NCBI GenBank assembly: GCA_963705255.1
Contig: OY970061.1
Location: 2,048,001 to 2,112,000 of the forward strand
Source of the DNA: an uncultured Methanoregulaceae archaeon
Lineage (GTDB): Archaea; Halobacteriota; Methanomicrobia; Methanomicrobiales; Methanospirillaceae
Reading direction: 5' to 3'
DNA length: 64,000 bases
Shown: positions 53,555 to 64,000 of the stretch, one piece after another
Numbering within the stretch: position 1 is the stretch's first letter
Layout of the letters: each line of letters begins with the position of its first letter
Position numbers and translations under genes: made by a program
Notes under the pieces: generated by a model
The model's database searches: none
Told to the model about the DNA's origin: nothing
Seen by the model: only the letters and a program-made list of their open reading frames with translations

Positions 53555-54491
53555 ATGGCAAAACCGTGCGACGACCCGGTCATCCAGATCCACGTCAGGC
53601 CCGGGATGACGGTCAGCGAGCTGGTGGATGCGATGGGCCGGGCCGGCGCCTACAACGGCGGGGCACTGCACCGGGCGGCAGACATCTGCGAGCGGATGCT
53701 GCGGGATCCGGAGGCAACGAAATTCTTCGGTCTCGCGGGCGCGATGGTGCCGGCGGGAATGGGGGGGATAGTCTCCGATCTTATCAGGGAAGGGCATATC
53801 GACGTGCTCGTGTCCACGGGGGCCAACCTGACCCACGACATCATCGAGGCGATCGGCTGCCGGCACTTCCACGGCACCGCCTTCTGCAACGACATCGAGC
53901 TCCGCCACGATGAGATCAACCGGATCTACGATGTCTACCTCCCGAACGAGGCCTTCGGGCATTTCGAGGAGTTCATGCAGACGGTCTTTGGGGGACTTGA
54001 ACCCGGAAGCACCATCTCCATCTCCGGGCTCCTTGCCTATATCGGGAAAAATACGAAGTCCGGTATTCTTCACACCGCCGCCCGCAACAAGATCCCGGTC
54101 TACTGCCCGGCCGTACAGGACTCCATGGTCGGTCTCCAGTACCTGGCTCTTCTCCCAGACCGGCACCGTTACCGTGGACGCGTTTGCCGATATGCCGGCC
54201 CTCATGGACCGCTGTTTTACAACAAAGAAAGCCGGGGCGCTGCTGGTTGGCGGTGGCGTTCCCAAGAACTTTATCCTCCAGAGCATGCTCATGACCCCGA
54301 ACGGGTTCGATTATGCAGTCCAGCTCACGGGCAACCGGCCGGACCTTGGCGGCCTCTCGGGGGCTACGCTCGACGAGGCCCGGTCCTGGGGCAAGATAAC
54401 CGAGGAAGCCCAGGCAGTCACCGTGTACGGCGACGCGACGATCACCCTCCCGGTCCTGATCGCGGCCGTGATGGAGCGGATGGCACGATGA
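53555..54491 (+). CDS. dys: Deoxyhypusine synthase (frameshift near 54145)
   Basis: GAMVPAG, TGANLTHD, GGGVPKNF, GGLSGATLDEARSWGK and GDATI motifs; the apparent fusion to pyrF is a frameshift artefact. Confidence 0.9.
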
Positions 54492-55123
54492 CCGAACTGA
54501 TCCTCGCCCTTGACGTGACCGGGAAGAAGGAAGCGCTTGCCATAGCACGCTCCTGTGCCCCTCATCTCGATGCCATCAAGCTCGGCTACCCGCTCATCCT
54601 CTCGTGCGGTCTCTCCATCACCCGCGAGATGGAAGACCTGGACCTGCCCCTCATCGCCGACTTCAAGGTCGCCGATATCCCGAACACGAACCGGCTCATC
54701 ACCGAGCAGGTCTTTGACGCGGGATTCGCCTCCGTCATCTGCCACGGGTTCACCGGAAAAGACTCCGTTCAGATGTGCGTGGACACCGCTGCCGATTATG
54801 GCGGGGCCTGTTTCGTGGTCGCGGAGATGAGCCACCCGGGCGCGACCGGGTTCTTCCATGCCGGAACTGCAGAACAGATCGCCCGGCTCGCGGTGGAGTG
54901 CGGCGCCGACGGGATCATTGCGCCCGCCACCCGCCCCGGGCGCGTAACGGTGCTGCGCGGTATCGTGGGCAGCCGGAAGATCCTTTCACCCGGAATCGGT
55001 GCACAGGGCGGGGATGCTGCGGCGGTATCAAAGATCGTCGACGGGATCATCGTCGGGCGTGCAATTTACGAAGCAAAAGACCCGCAAGCCGCTGTAAAGG
55101 CATTCTCGGATGTCCGCAAATGA
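54488..55123 (+). CDS. pyrF: Orotidine-5'-phosphate decarboxylase
   Basis: LILALD, DFKVADIPNT, SPGIGAQGG and IVGRAI motifs. Confidence 0.95.
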   Translation: MTELILALDVTGKKEALAIARSCAPHLDAIKLGYPLILSCGLSITREMEDLDLPLIADFKVADIPNTNRLITEQVFDAGFASVICHGFTGKDSVQMCVDTAADYGGACFVVAEMSHPGATGFFHAGTAEQIARLAVECGADGIIAPATRPGRVTVLRGIVGSRKILSPGIGAQGGDAAAVSKIVDGIIVGRAIYEAKDPQAAVKAFSDVRK

Positions 55124-55253
55124 CGTAAAGGCTTATTAATACCCTCCAATTTATGACCAGATCCGCATATGCGCGCTTTATAAACGGTAAAATGCCAGTC
55201 CGCTGAACCTAAAGGGTCTAAAAATTTATTAAGGACTTGTGCGATGTTATAGT

Positions 55254-55616
55254 ATGGATTGGAGTTCAGAACAAAGGAAAATAGCGGATACCTACAAGGG
55301 CCTCGATGAAATTCCGGAAAAGGAGCGGAAATACAAATGCCATACCTGTCACCTCATCGTAGCCGAGAAGCCCTGCCCCAACTGCGGTGAGACGCACCTT
55401 GAAGTGATGTGCCCGCTCGACCACTGCCACTGCACCCACGAAGTCATCTCGGGGATCGAGTACTGCCCCCTCTGCGGCCAGCCGGTCTGCCCCGAGTGCG
55501 GCTCGCACGACGTCACGCAGATCAGCCGTGTCACCGGTTACCTGCAGGACGTCTCCGGCTGGAATGCCGGGAAGCAGCAGGAACTCAAGGACCGGACCCG
55601 CTATTCGGTCGCATGA
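55254..55616 (+). CDS. Small Cys-rich protein bearing the class III RNR (NrdD) C-terminal glycyl-radical motif
   Basis: Several CxxC pairs, then ISRVTGYL...[12 protein letters not shown]. Confidence 0.85.
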   Translation: MDWSSEQRKIADTYKGLDEIPEKERKYKCHTCHLIVAEKPCPNCGETHLEVMCPLDHCHCTHEVISGIEYCPLCGQPVCPECGSHDVTQISRVTGYLQDVSGWNAGKQQELKDRTRYSVA

Positions 55617-56507
55617 GATATTATACCGATACCAGTACCTCTTTTCATCCGCGGTGATTTCCGCGCGGCAAGCACCGGCACCGCGGGCGGGATCCGCTCG
55701 GTCTCAACGCTGTTCAACCACACGATACCCCTCGAAAATGACCACCAGGATACGGAAAAGGAGCTTGAACTCGTTGTTGCTGCTGCGGGTATTAACTGTG
55801 ACGCGTTCGGCCTGCTGACACCGGTGCCTGTCAGCCAGACCGTCGTGCTCCAGTATGATTTTGTGACCGTGCTCATCACGGCCGGCATCCGCCGCGAACC
55901 CCCGGCTTCCACCGGCTCCGTCAGCATCATCGTCTGCAGCCGCGAGGGAATGGCCGATTCAGCGCTCCTCGAAACGATCATGGTCGCAACCGAGGCAAAA
56001 GCCGAGGCCCTTCAGGCCATGGGCCTCCCGCTCACCGGCACACCTGCGGACGCGGTGATCACTGCGTCTGAGGGCGCCGTTGCGCACAGAAGTGCCGGGC
56101 GGCTCACCGGGGTTGGAAAGAGAGTCCGGGAAGGGGTGCTTCACGGGATACCGGAAGCACTCAGGCGCCACGACGCCCCGGTGGAATCAGGCAGGGCTCC
56201 TGCATTTTTTATCTTCAGCCGGTTCAAAGGCGAGCACTGGATCGAATGGACTCCCGATAACTGCCCGTATTATCCCTGCCATTTTGCCGGCCAGGCCTGC
56301 GATTTCTGCTACTGCCCGTTCTATCCCTGCAGCGACGAGGCTCTCGGGCAGTGGGTGGACAGCATGAACGGCGGGAAGATCTGGAACTGCGCCCGTTGCA
56401 GGCTCCTGCACGAGCCGGAGATCGCGGACTATTACAAACGGTTTCCCGGTGCCTCGCGTGATGAACTGATGCGGCTGTATGAAAAGGGCAAAAAAGAAAA
56501 AAAGTGA
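55613..56507 (+). CDS. cbiZ: Adenosylcobinamide amidohydrolase-like protein with C-terminal Cys-rich domain (frameshift near 55640)
   Basis: ATEAK..AL...TGTP.DAV motif; [20 protein letters not shown]. Confidence 0.72.
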
Positions 56508-56665
56508 CGACGATTTTTCCGAGGTCCGGCAGGGGCCTGGTGAAAAGAGTAATCGCTATTCACTCTTTGATTCTGTACGACATCAGGAGCACAGATACAA
56601 GAAAAAGGTCAATGTATTCTTATATTTCGTGCGGTTTTACTGCACGATAAAAAAGAGTGAGCTCT

Positions 56666-56860
56666 TCACTCTTTGACATCGAGTGCCTTGAGGAGCTCGG
56701 GAAGCGGGATGCCGTGTGCCTCTGCTGCTTCCCGTATCGTCTCGCCCCGGGCAATAGCACAGCCGACACAGCCCATGCCGAACTTGAAAAGGGCCTCGGT
56801 TGCATCGGGTTTTGCCTTGAGAAGATCGTAAATGGTACTGTCTGCGGTAATTTCTGCCAT
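56666..56860 (-). CDS. DUF1858-domain protein
   Basis: GMGCVGC....ETI.EAAEAHG motif. Confidence 0.85.
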   Translation of the reverse strand: MAEITADSTIYDLLKAKPDATEALFKFGMGCVGCAIARGETIREAAEAHGIPLPELLKALDVKE

Positions 56861-56989
56861 ACCGTTCTTAGTCTGCTTAGGGTGAGATAAACTTCACCAT
56901 AGCGGCGATGCAAAATTCATTCCGACACTTTCACTACACATACTAACCCTATATAGTCAGGATAACACCGCACAAATAACTGGAGATGT

Positions 56990-58240
56990 ATGAGTATGGA
57001 TTTTTCCGAAGCAGCAGAAAGAATCTCCCGAAAGTTCTCAAAAGACGGACAGCCCGCAGATCCGAAGAAGATCGAGGGCAAGCTCCGCAGGCTTGTACAG
57101 GAATTCGGCGTCCAGCCGTCTGAGGCAGAGCGCAGTGTAACGAACGAACTCGCCAAGGAGTACAATGTACCTCTTCCCGGATCCGGTTCTGGTGGCAGGA
57201 GCGGGGGCGGGACCGAGGAGAAGACCATCGCCAGGGCAGCGCCCGGCGAGTGGGTGACTTTTGAGGGCAAGATAGTCGCCCTCTCCGCGCCAGCTTCCCC
57301 GGCCATTGCCCAGAGCGGGATCATTGCCGATGAGTCCGGCGCGATCCGTTTCGTTGCATGGGCCAAGGCAAATGCCCCGGCTATGACCGAAGGGTCATGG
57401 TACCGGATCGAGTCTGCGGTGGTGGACGAATACAAGGGTGTCCCAAACCTGAAGATCCATTCCGGCACCACAATCAAGGAGATCGGCGAGGACCGGGCAC
57501 TCATCCCCACCCCGGTCCCGATCAAGGATCTTCATCCGGGAATCGGCGGGGTCCGTGCTAAGGTGATCCAGGAGTGGGACGCGAGCCATGAGCGTATGCT
57601 CCAGTCCGGGCTGCTGGGCGATGAGAGCGGCACGATCAAGTTCGTGATGTGGAAAGAGCCGGGCAAGGAGAAACTCGCCGTCGGCTCCGTGTACAATATC
57701 TTCTATGCACAGGTGGACGAGTTCAACGGCAGGCTCTCCCTGAACCTGAACACGGCCACCATCATGCAGGAGGATGCGGACATCCCGGTCAGTGGCGGAG
57801 AGTCGGCTGTGCGGGGCTCCATTGTCCATATCGCGCCCGGCTCCGGTATTATCAAGCGCTGCCCGGTGGAGGGCTGCAACCGGGCCCTCTCGCGCCAGAA
57901 CTACTGCCCGGTCCACGAGATCCAGCCGAATTTCGTGTACAACCTCCGGATCAAAGGTTGGCTCGACGATGGTGAGAAGACGCACAACATCCTGCTCCAG
58001 CGGGACGTGGTGGAGTCCCTCACCGGCATCGGCCTCGATGCGGCAAAGGAGATCGCGGAGAACAACCCGCTCGGGATGGACGAGGTCTTCCTGCGGATGC
58101 GGGATGAGGTGCTCGGGCGTTACGTCATCTGTCACGGGCGGGAGATCGATAACCGCATTCTCGTCAACAAATGCGAACGCGTGAAATTCGAGAGCGGTGA
58201 ACATGCGGCGCTGCTGAACCGGGCCGGGGGTGCATCATGA
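56990..58240 (+). CDS. Replication protein A (multi OB-fold, Zn finger)
   Basis: Repeated G..gDESG.I.FV.W OB-fold motif; C..C....C.VH zinc finger. Confidence 0.88.
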   Translation: MSMDFSEAAERISRKFSKDGQPADPKKIEGKLRRLVQEFGVQPSEAERSVTNELAKEYNVPLPGSGSGGRSGGGTEEKTIARAAPGEWVTFEGKIVALSAPASPAIAQSGIIADESGAIRFVAWAKANAPAMTEGSWYRIESAVVDEYKGVPNLKIHSGTTIKEIGEDRALIPTPVPIKDLHPGIGGVRAKVIQEWDASHERMLQSGLLGDESGTIKFVMWKEPGKEKLAVGSVYNIFYAQVDEFNGRLSLNLNTATIMQEDADIPVSGGESAVRGSIVHIAPGSGIIKRCPVEGCNRALSRQNYCPVHEIQPNFVYNLRIKGWLDDGEKTHNILLQRDVVESLTGIGLDAAKEIAENNPLGMDEVFLRMRDEVLGRYVICHGREIDNRILVNKCERVKFESGEHAALLNRAGGAS

Positions 58241-58836
58241 GCGCGAACCCCCGCGATGCGGGACGGAAGGAGGGGGCGTTCGAACGCGAACCGGCACGGC
58301 GTGTCTTTCCCGGCGAGCTGCGGGAATGCCGTTACCAGTTCAAGGACGGCGAGGACGAGAAGAGCCCGACATTCGTGCTCCTGCCGACGGGAGAACGCTC
58401 CAACCGCATATTCCTTGTCGGGACGCTGACCGAGAAGCAGCGGCAGGGCGAACAGAACATTTTTTACCGGGGGCGCGTGGTCGATCCCACCGGGACCTTC
58501 TTCATCATGGCAGGGAGTTACCAGCCGGAAGCGATGCAGCAGCTGGCAAAAGTGGAGGCCCCGGCCTTTGTGGCGGTTATCGGGAAGCCCAACCTGTACC
58601 AGAAGCCGGATGGTTCCGTCCTCGTCTCAGTCAGGGTCGAGTCCATCACGGTCGTCGACAAGGACACGCGGGACCTCTGGGTGCTCGACGCTGCCGGACG
58701 CACCCTTGACAGGGTTGATGCCTCCAAGGCAGGCACTATGCCGGATGTTATCAAGGCAAAGGAGCAGTATCCCACCATCGATCCGGCAGTCTTCCGGAAG
58801 ATGGCCTACGATGCGCTCGCGCAGATCAAGATATAA
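58237..58836 (+). CDS. RPA-associated OB-fold protein
   Basis: REPARRVF, PTGERSNR and DPTG.F..AG.YQPEA motifs; overlaps RPA. Confidence 0.85.
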   Translation: MSANPRDAGRKEGAFEREPARRVFPGELRECRYQFKDGEDEKSPTFVLLPTGERSNRIFLVGTLTEKQRQGEQNIFYRGRVVDPTGTFFIMAGSYQPEAMQQLAKVEAPAFVAVIGKPNLYQKPDGSVLVSVRVESITVVDKDTRDLWVLDAAGRTLDRVDASKAGTMPDVIKAKEQYPTIDPAVFRKMAYDALAQIKI

Positions 58837-59093
58837 TTTTTGGCTCTGGGGAGATCATCGGCTTTCATCATTGATGGTCTTGGGGCTACAGCATCTGATG
58901 CATCTGTCCCCGCGACAATGGTATCCTCTCTATAGAGATCATCTCTTGGAATGTTAGTGAAAATACCCCCTAAAAGGGAGTCACTCTCATAACTATTGAA
59001 GAATATAACTGAATCGCACGATAAAACAGAATTTCCTTTGAAAATCGTAGTGTTCAGATATCACAGGAGATGAGCCCTCTTTTTATTATTGCG

Positions 59094-59226
59094 ATGAACC
59101 CCGCCGCCCCCGACGGGGCGCCCCCGCGGCGGATCAATTACCTGAATGATAACAACGCAGGTAATCTGCCCAGCGAGGCCCCGACGAGGCGGCCGAGCGA
59201 CCCCATACAGGGTTGGGTTTCCTCAT
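59094..59226. repeat. GC-rich multi-hairpin intergenic element (MITE-like)
   Basis: CCGCCGC/GCGGCGG and ATTACCTG/CAGGTAAT stems; two GCCCCGACG.GGCG units. Confidence 0.5.
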
Positions 59227-59449
59227 AATTTTCGATCAATCGGACAAAACTATTTTTTCTATCTATCTTTACTTCGCTTCGATCGCTTCAATACTCCCAG
59301 CCCCGTGCCAAATATGAGCCATAGCCAAAATCCTGTACTCACGAGGATTTCCAAGCAGCGCAAAAAACTCCAGCAGCGGCCGACCCGCTAAGATACTATG
59401 CAAATCATAACCGGGATGTAGTCATCCGAAAATAAATTCCGGAAAATCG

Positions 59450-59702
59450 TTTCGCGATTGAAAAATTTTCAGGAATTTTGCGATCGCGATCTTTTGGAAA
59501 AAATCCGGATCAGGGCCGGCAGTCCACGCCGGAGAAAAATTTCTGCTGTTAGTTGTACAACCAATTGTAGGATAATTATCCAATTGTAGCCTCATGAACT
59601 AACACCTCATGATCGCGATCGAAAAATTTTTACCGGACTTTGTTCATCAGAATTTGGTCCGGGCCTGACCGGATTTGCCGGAAATTTTGCAGAAAAAAAT
59701 TG
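59450..59702. repeat. AT-rich nested-palindrome element
   Basis: GATCGCGATC x2, CCAATTGTAG x2, TGTTAGTT/AACTAACA and AAATCCGG..CCGG/CCGG..CCGGATTT inverted arms. Confidence 0.55.
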
Positions 59703-59729
59703 TGGGAGGTAAGAGTAAAAGGGTCAGCC

Positions 59730-60415
59730 TCAACAGGTGTTCTTCCTGCCTTTCTCAACTTCCCACCGCTCCAGCACTTCCGGTCCCTCGATAAACACGA
59801 GCCCGTGCTTACGGCCATAGAGTTTCGCATCCGCTTTGGAGAGGGCATAGCCGGACTCGTCGTCCAGCATCTCGCAGATCGTGACTGACGGCGTGATGCC
59901 CGCCATGTCTGCCATTGCGATTGAGAGCTCGGTCTGGCCGCGCCGCACATCGAGGAGCCCGTCCGCTGCCCGCAGGAGCGCCATGTGGCCCGGGTCCGGA
60001 AGGTCTCGTGGAAGTTCACCCCGCCACCGTTGAGGGCACGTTTGACCTGCTCGGCGATAGCGTTCACGGTCAGCGCCCGGTCCCGGTCGGTGATGCCGGT
60101 AAAGGTGTTCCGGTGGTTCACCCAGAGCGAGAACGACGAGTGGTTCTTCCGGTCATAGGGGATGTCGCCCTCACGTTCTGCAACGGCAATTGCCCTGAGG
60201 GCGTCGCTCGCAAACGGCAGGCCGAGTCGCTGGGCAGCGACCGGGTGGACAGCCGTACAGATCAGGCCGCCGCCGTCCTTTCGCATCCGGACGATATCCT
60301 TCGGGGTTACCGCATCCGACCGGATTGCAAAGTCCGTCTCTCCCTCGCGGTCGTCGAAATCATAGAGAAGGATGAACTTGCCTTCGCGGAGCGCTGCGAG
60401 CGCATCATCTATCAC
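59730..60415 (-). CDS. ribB: 3,4-dihydroxy-2-butanone-4-phosphate synthase (frameshift near 59993)
   Basis: YDFDDREGETD, GGLIC, TGITDRDRA, RRGQTE and ICEMLD motifs. Confidence 0.9.
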
Positions 60416-61077
60416 TGCCCCACCTCGACGCTCACGCTGTCCGTGTCCTCGACCCCGAGCCTGCGGCGCAATGCGATGGGCGCGATCACTTCGATGATGT
60501 CCTCGGGATAATGGGTCCTGCCGGGCACGACTATCCCGCAGGAGATGTCTCCGATCCGGCACGGGAGGCACCGGGCGTCGCCGAAGGTACGGCCGTCGGT
60601 CGAGAACCCCTTGATCCTCACCCAGTTGAGGGCATCGATCTTCTTGCGCACCGGGACACTCGCCGGAGAGAGACGGATATTCAGGGTGCCCGGGTACGGG
60701 ACGAACCCGAGGTGAGTGTTGAACTGCTCTTTGTATGCCGGGAGGCTCATGTAATATTTCCCTTCACCGATGCCGCTGACGACCGTTCCGCTCAGCGTAT
60801 ATCCTTTCGTGTGATCCGAGAAGATCCGGCAGTAGTCCTGGAATTCCTTCCGGAGCTCCTCCTCCCCATGACGGGTCAGGGTGACATGCTGGCCGTCTGC
60901 GGCCATCGTCCGCGTAATAAAACCCTGTGTTTCAAGGCCTTTCAGCCTGCGCGATGCGGTCTGCTGGCTGATCGCGAGCATCTCGCCGATACTCTGGGTA
61001 GAGACAAAGACCGGCCCCCTGCACCCGCCCCCCAGGGCAATCGCCTTGAGACACTGGAGATCCTCCGCTGGTATCAT
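60412..61077 (-). CDS. ribK: CTP-dependent riboflavin kinase with N-terminal wHTH (RbkR-type)
   Basis: SQQTASRRL, SGIGEGKYY, PYPGTLN and RTHYP..IIE motifs. Confidence 0.92.
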   Translation of the reverse strand: MIPAEDLQCLKAIALGGGCRGPVFVSTQSIGEMLAISQQTASRRLKGLETQGFITRTMAADGQHVTLTRHGEEELRKEFQDYCRIFSDHTKGYTLSGTVVSGIGEGKYYMSLPAYKEQFNTHLGFVPYPGTLNIRLSPASVPVRKKIDALNWVRIKGFSTDGRTFGDARCLPCRIGDISCGIVVPGRTHYPEDIIEVIAPIALRRRLGVEDTDSVSVEVGQ

Positions 61078-61201
61078 GCTTATCAAAATTGAGATGCTTA
61101 TTATTTATGGGTTGCCCTCCGGTCAAACCTCCGTCGTGATTCGTTCACTGTCGAAATCCTGTTCGTTAATTATTTAACATCACGGGTGCATCCTATTGAG
61201 C

Positions 61202-61912
61202 ATGAAATCCGGATTGCGGAACCAGCTTGCCGAGAAGATGGCAGGTGAGATCACGCTGTCGGACTCACCGGGACATGCGCTGAAGAAATGGCGCATGAAC
61301 TTTGAGATCGCCCCCGGCGTCCTGTCGGACCGCCTTGGTGTCTCGCCTTCTGTCATCAGCGATTATGAAAGCGGCAGAAGAAAAAGTCCCGGCACTGCCG
61401 TAGTCGGCAAGATTGTCGACACGCTCCTTGCCATTGACGAGGAGACCGGCGGTAAACACATCCAGAAATTTTCAACCATGCTCTTTTCGAATGTTGACGA
61501 TGACGTGATCTACGACCTCCACGAGTACGCGGAACCGGTCCCACTGAAAGATTTTACTGGCGCGATCGGATGCACGCTGCTCTGCGGGTCCATGGACCAG
61601 GTTATCTTCGGCTATACGGTGGTAAACAGCCTGAACGCGATCATGCAGCTCTCTTCGGACGAGTTCAACCGCATTTATGGCTGGAGCACGGAGCGGGCGC
61701 TGGTCTTCACCAACGTCTCGACCGGAAAATCACCGATGGTCGCGATCCGCGTCACCCCTTTCAAGCCGCGCTGCGTGGTGCTGCAGGGAATTGACGCTGC
61801 CGACGTCCACCCCATCGTGGAGAAGATGGCAGAGAAGGATCGCATCACCGTCATGTGTACGGGCATGGATATCGACAAGATCGTAAGTACCCTGAGGGAA
61901 AAAGAATGGTAG
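61202..61912 (+). CDS. Conserved archaeal XRE-family regulator
   Basis: [25 protein letters not shown] and [11 protein letters not shown] motifs. Confidence 0.85.
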   Translation: MKSGLRNQLAEKMAGEITLSDSPGHALKKWRMNFEIAPGVLSDRLGVSPSVISDYESGRRKSPGTAVVGKIVDTLLAIDEETGGKHIQKFSTMLFSNVDDDVIYDLHEYAEPVPLKDFTGAIGCTLLCGSMDQVIFGYTVVNSLNAIMQLSSDEFNRIYGWSTERALVFTNVSTGKSPMVAIRVTPFKPRCVVLQGIDAADVHPIVEKMAEKDRITVMCTGMDIDKIVSTLREKEW

Positions 61913-62958
61913 GCATCATTACCTACGGTGTATATATACCGAGATACCGCATCAAGGTCGAAGAGATCGCACGGGTCTGGGGCGCGAATGCCTCGGACAT
62001 CTCCGGGGGTCTGGGGGTTTTTGAAAAATCCGTCCCGGATCTCGATGAGGACGCTGCGACCATCGCCGTCGAGGCGGCACGCAATGCACTGCTCCGCAGA
62101 AGGGTCAGCCCGGACGAGATTGGTGCCGTGTACGTGGGGAGCGAATCGCATCCCTATGCGGTGAAACCGACCGCCTGCACGGTGGGTGAAGCCATCGGCG
62201 CAACACCCAACATGACCGCTGCGGATTACGAGTTTGCCTGCAAGGCGGGTACTGCGGCCATCCAGACCTGCATGGGCCTGGTGAAGAGCAGGATGATCAC
62301 CTACGGGCTCGCGATCGGCTCCGATGTCTCGCAGGGTGCACCGAGTGATGCCCTTGAGTACACGGCGGCAGCGGGCGGGGCGGCTTTCGTGATCGGGCGT
62401 GACGACCCGATCGCGACCATCCACCACACCTGTTCGTTCACGAGCAACACGCCGGACTTCTGGCGCCGCGAGGGGCAGGACTATCCACGCCACGGCGGCC
62501 GGTTCACCGGTGATCCAGGGTACTTCAAGCACGTGGAGGGGGCGAGCAGGCTGCTTTTCCAGCAGACGGGAAAGACTCCGAAGGACTATACCTACGCGGT
62601 CTTCCACCAGCCCAACGCGAAGTTCCCGCAAAAGGTAGCCAAGACCCTCGGGTTCAAACCCGAACAGATCAAGCCGGGGCTCGTCGTCCCTTACCTGGGC
62701 AACACCTACTCCGGGGCCTCACCCATCGGCCTTGCGGCCACGCTGGACATTGCAAAACCGGGCGACACCATCTTTGTCTGTTCGTTCGGGTCGGGTGCCG
62801 GGAGCGATGCGTTCGATATCGAAGTGACGGATGCAATCCATTCGGACACGTTCCGGCGTGACGCCGCACCGGGTGTCGTGCAGTTGCTGAAAAACCCCAT
62901 CTACCTTGACTATGCACGGTACGCGAAACACAAGGGAAAGATCGTGATGCAATCATGA
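61906..62958 (+). CDS. Hydroxymethylglutaryl-CoA synthase (archaeal)
   Basis: [24 protein letters not shown] and GNTYSG motifs. Confidence 0.95.
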   Translation: MVGIITYGVYIPRYRIKVEEIARVWGANASDISGGLGVFEKSVPDLDEDAATIAVEAARNALLRRRVSPDEIGAVYVGSESHPYAVKPTACTVGEAIGATPNMTAADYEFACKAGTAAIQTCMGLVKSRMITYGLAIGSDVSQGAPSDALEYTAAAGGAAFVIGRDDPIATIHHTCSFTSNTPDFWRREGQDYPRHGGRFTGDPGYFKHVEGASRLLFQQTGKTPKDYTYAVFHQPNAKFPQKVAKTLGFKPEQIKPGLVVPYLGNTYSGASPIGLAATLDIAKPGDTIFVCSFGSGAGSDAFDIEVTDAIHSDTFRRDAAPGVVQLLKNPIYLDYARYAKHKGKIVMQS

Positions 62959-64000
62959 GAGACGTAGCAGTTATCGGGGCCGGCTGCACCACGTTCGGTG
63001 AGAAATGGGAGAGCTCGTTCCGCGACCTCTTTGTCGAGGCCGGGGCCCTTGCGCTCGAGGATGCCCAGCTCTCAGGCGAGAAGATAGACGCAATGTATGT
63101 CGGTAATATGAGTGCGGGCCGCTTCATCGAGCAGGAGCATATCGGTGCCCTTATCGCGGACTATGCCGGCCTGACTACCAACCATATCGCCTCGACCCGT
63201 GTCGAAGCTGCCTGTGCTTCCGGCGGGCTCGCCTTCCGGCAGGCGGTCATCGCGGTCGCAAGCGGCATGGAAGACATCGTGGTGGCAGCGGGAGTCGAGA
63301 AGATGACCGATGTCGAGCCCGGTGCAAGCACCGATGCCCTCACCGGTGCAGCGGATCGCGAGTGGGAAGGGTTTGTCGGCGCGACATTTCCCGGCCTGTA
63401 CGCGATGATCGCAAACGACTACATGCACAAGTACTCCATGACCCGCGAGCAGCTCGCTCAGGTTGCGGTGAAGAACCACTACAACGGCGCACGCAACCCG
63501 ATCGCCCAGTTCCAGCAGGAGATCACGCTCGAGACCGTGCTGAAGTCCACCATGGTTGCTGAACCGCTCCGGCTCTTCGACTGCTCGCCCATTACTGACG
63601 GGGCGGCAGCCGTCATCGTCGCACCGCTCGAACGGGCACGGGAGTTCACAGACACGCCGATCAAGGTGCTGGCCACGGCACAAGCAAGCGATTCCATCGC
63701 GCTCCATGACCGGCGCGATATCTCGACACTGGACGCAACCGTTGCCGCAGGGCAGAGGGCATTCAGGATGGCGAAGCTGACGCACAAGGATATCGACATG
63801 GTGGAAGTCCACGACTGCTTCTCGATCGCGGAGATCTGTGCAATCGAGGACCTCGGGTTCTGCAGGAAAGGAACGGCAGGTAAGTTCACCGCTGACGGCG
63901 AGACCGCGCTTGGCGGGAAGATCCCGGTCAACACGAGCGGGGGGCTCAAGGCGTGCGGCCACCCGGTCGGCGCGACCGGTATCAAGCAGGTGTACGAGAT
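62955..64000 (+). CDS. Acetoacetyl-CoA thiolase (runs off the window end)
   Basis: [22 protein letters not shown] and [18 protein letters not shown] motifs; overlaps HMG-CoA synthase. Confidence 0.93.
   Translation, partial: MRDVAVIGAGCTTFGEKWESSFRDLFVEAGALALEDAQLSGEKIDAMYVGNMSAGRFIEQEHIGALIADYAGLTTNHIASTRVEAACASGGLAFRQAVIAVASGMEDIVVAAGVEKMTDVEPGASTDALTGAADREWEGFVGATFPGLYAMIANDYMHKYSMTREQLAQVAVKNHYNGARNPIAQFQQEITLETVLKSTMVAEPLRLFDCSPITDGAAAVIVAPLERAREFTDTPIKVLATAQASDSIALHDRRDISTLDATVAAGQRAFRMAKLTHKDIDMVEVHDCFSIAEICAIEDLGFCRKGTAGKFTADGETALGGKIPVNTSGGLKACGHPVGATGIKQVYE

Noticed and set aside
53555-55123. Apparent 522-aa deoxyhypusine synthase-PyrF fusion
   Set aside because: Created by the frameshift near 54145; the true DHS C-terminus is in another frame and pyrF has its own ATG at 54488.

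Overview
This is a GC-rich methanogen chromosome segment. Gene content and style point to Methanomicrobiales, probably Methanoregula-like (inference). Most of it is housekeeping: an A/V-type ATPase operon (K-E-C-F-A-B-D, lacking I/H), archaeal mevalonate genes (ubiX, ubiD-like, AcnX large subunit, HMG-CoA synthase, thiolase), cofD, aspS, core methionine synthase, CDC48, larC, radB, dapF, the MCR-activation marker cluster (atwA, markers 3/6/5/15/17/7), deoxyhypusine synthase, pyrF, RPA and ribK/ribB. About ten genes carry single-base frameshifts that look like assembly errors. The most notable unexplained signal is a family of dispersed, modular hairpin repeats at about 7.5, 11.4, 12.8, 23.8 and 30.0 kb. 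They share sequence blocks, show compensatory stem changes, and are rich in GAA/AAA triloops and tandem G.A mismatches, which are signatures of DNA hairpin stability. Two copies, in inverted orientation, bracket a ~5.4-kb accessory island (7.5-12.9 kb). The island encodes a controller-like XRE protein, a PIN toxin-antitoxin pair, an Hjc-like (Holliday-junction-resolvase fold) protein with an altered active site, and an uncharacterised three-gene cassette led by an internally duplicated 167-aa protein. A separate AT-rich patch at 26.7-28.0 kb carries a GNAT toxin-antitoxin pair beside a transposase remnant. All calls are by eye; no database searches were run.
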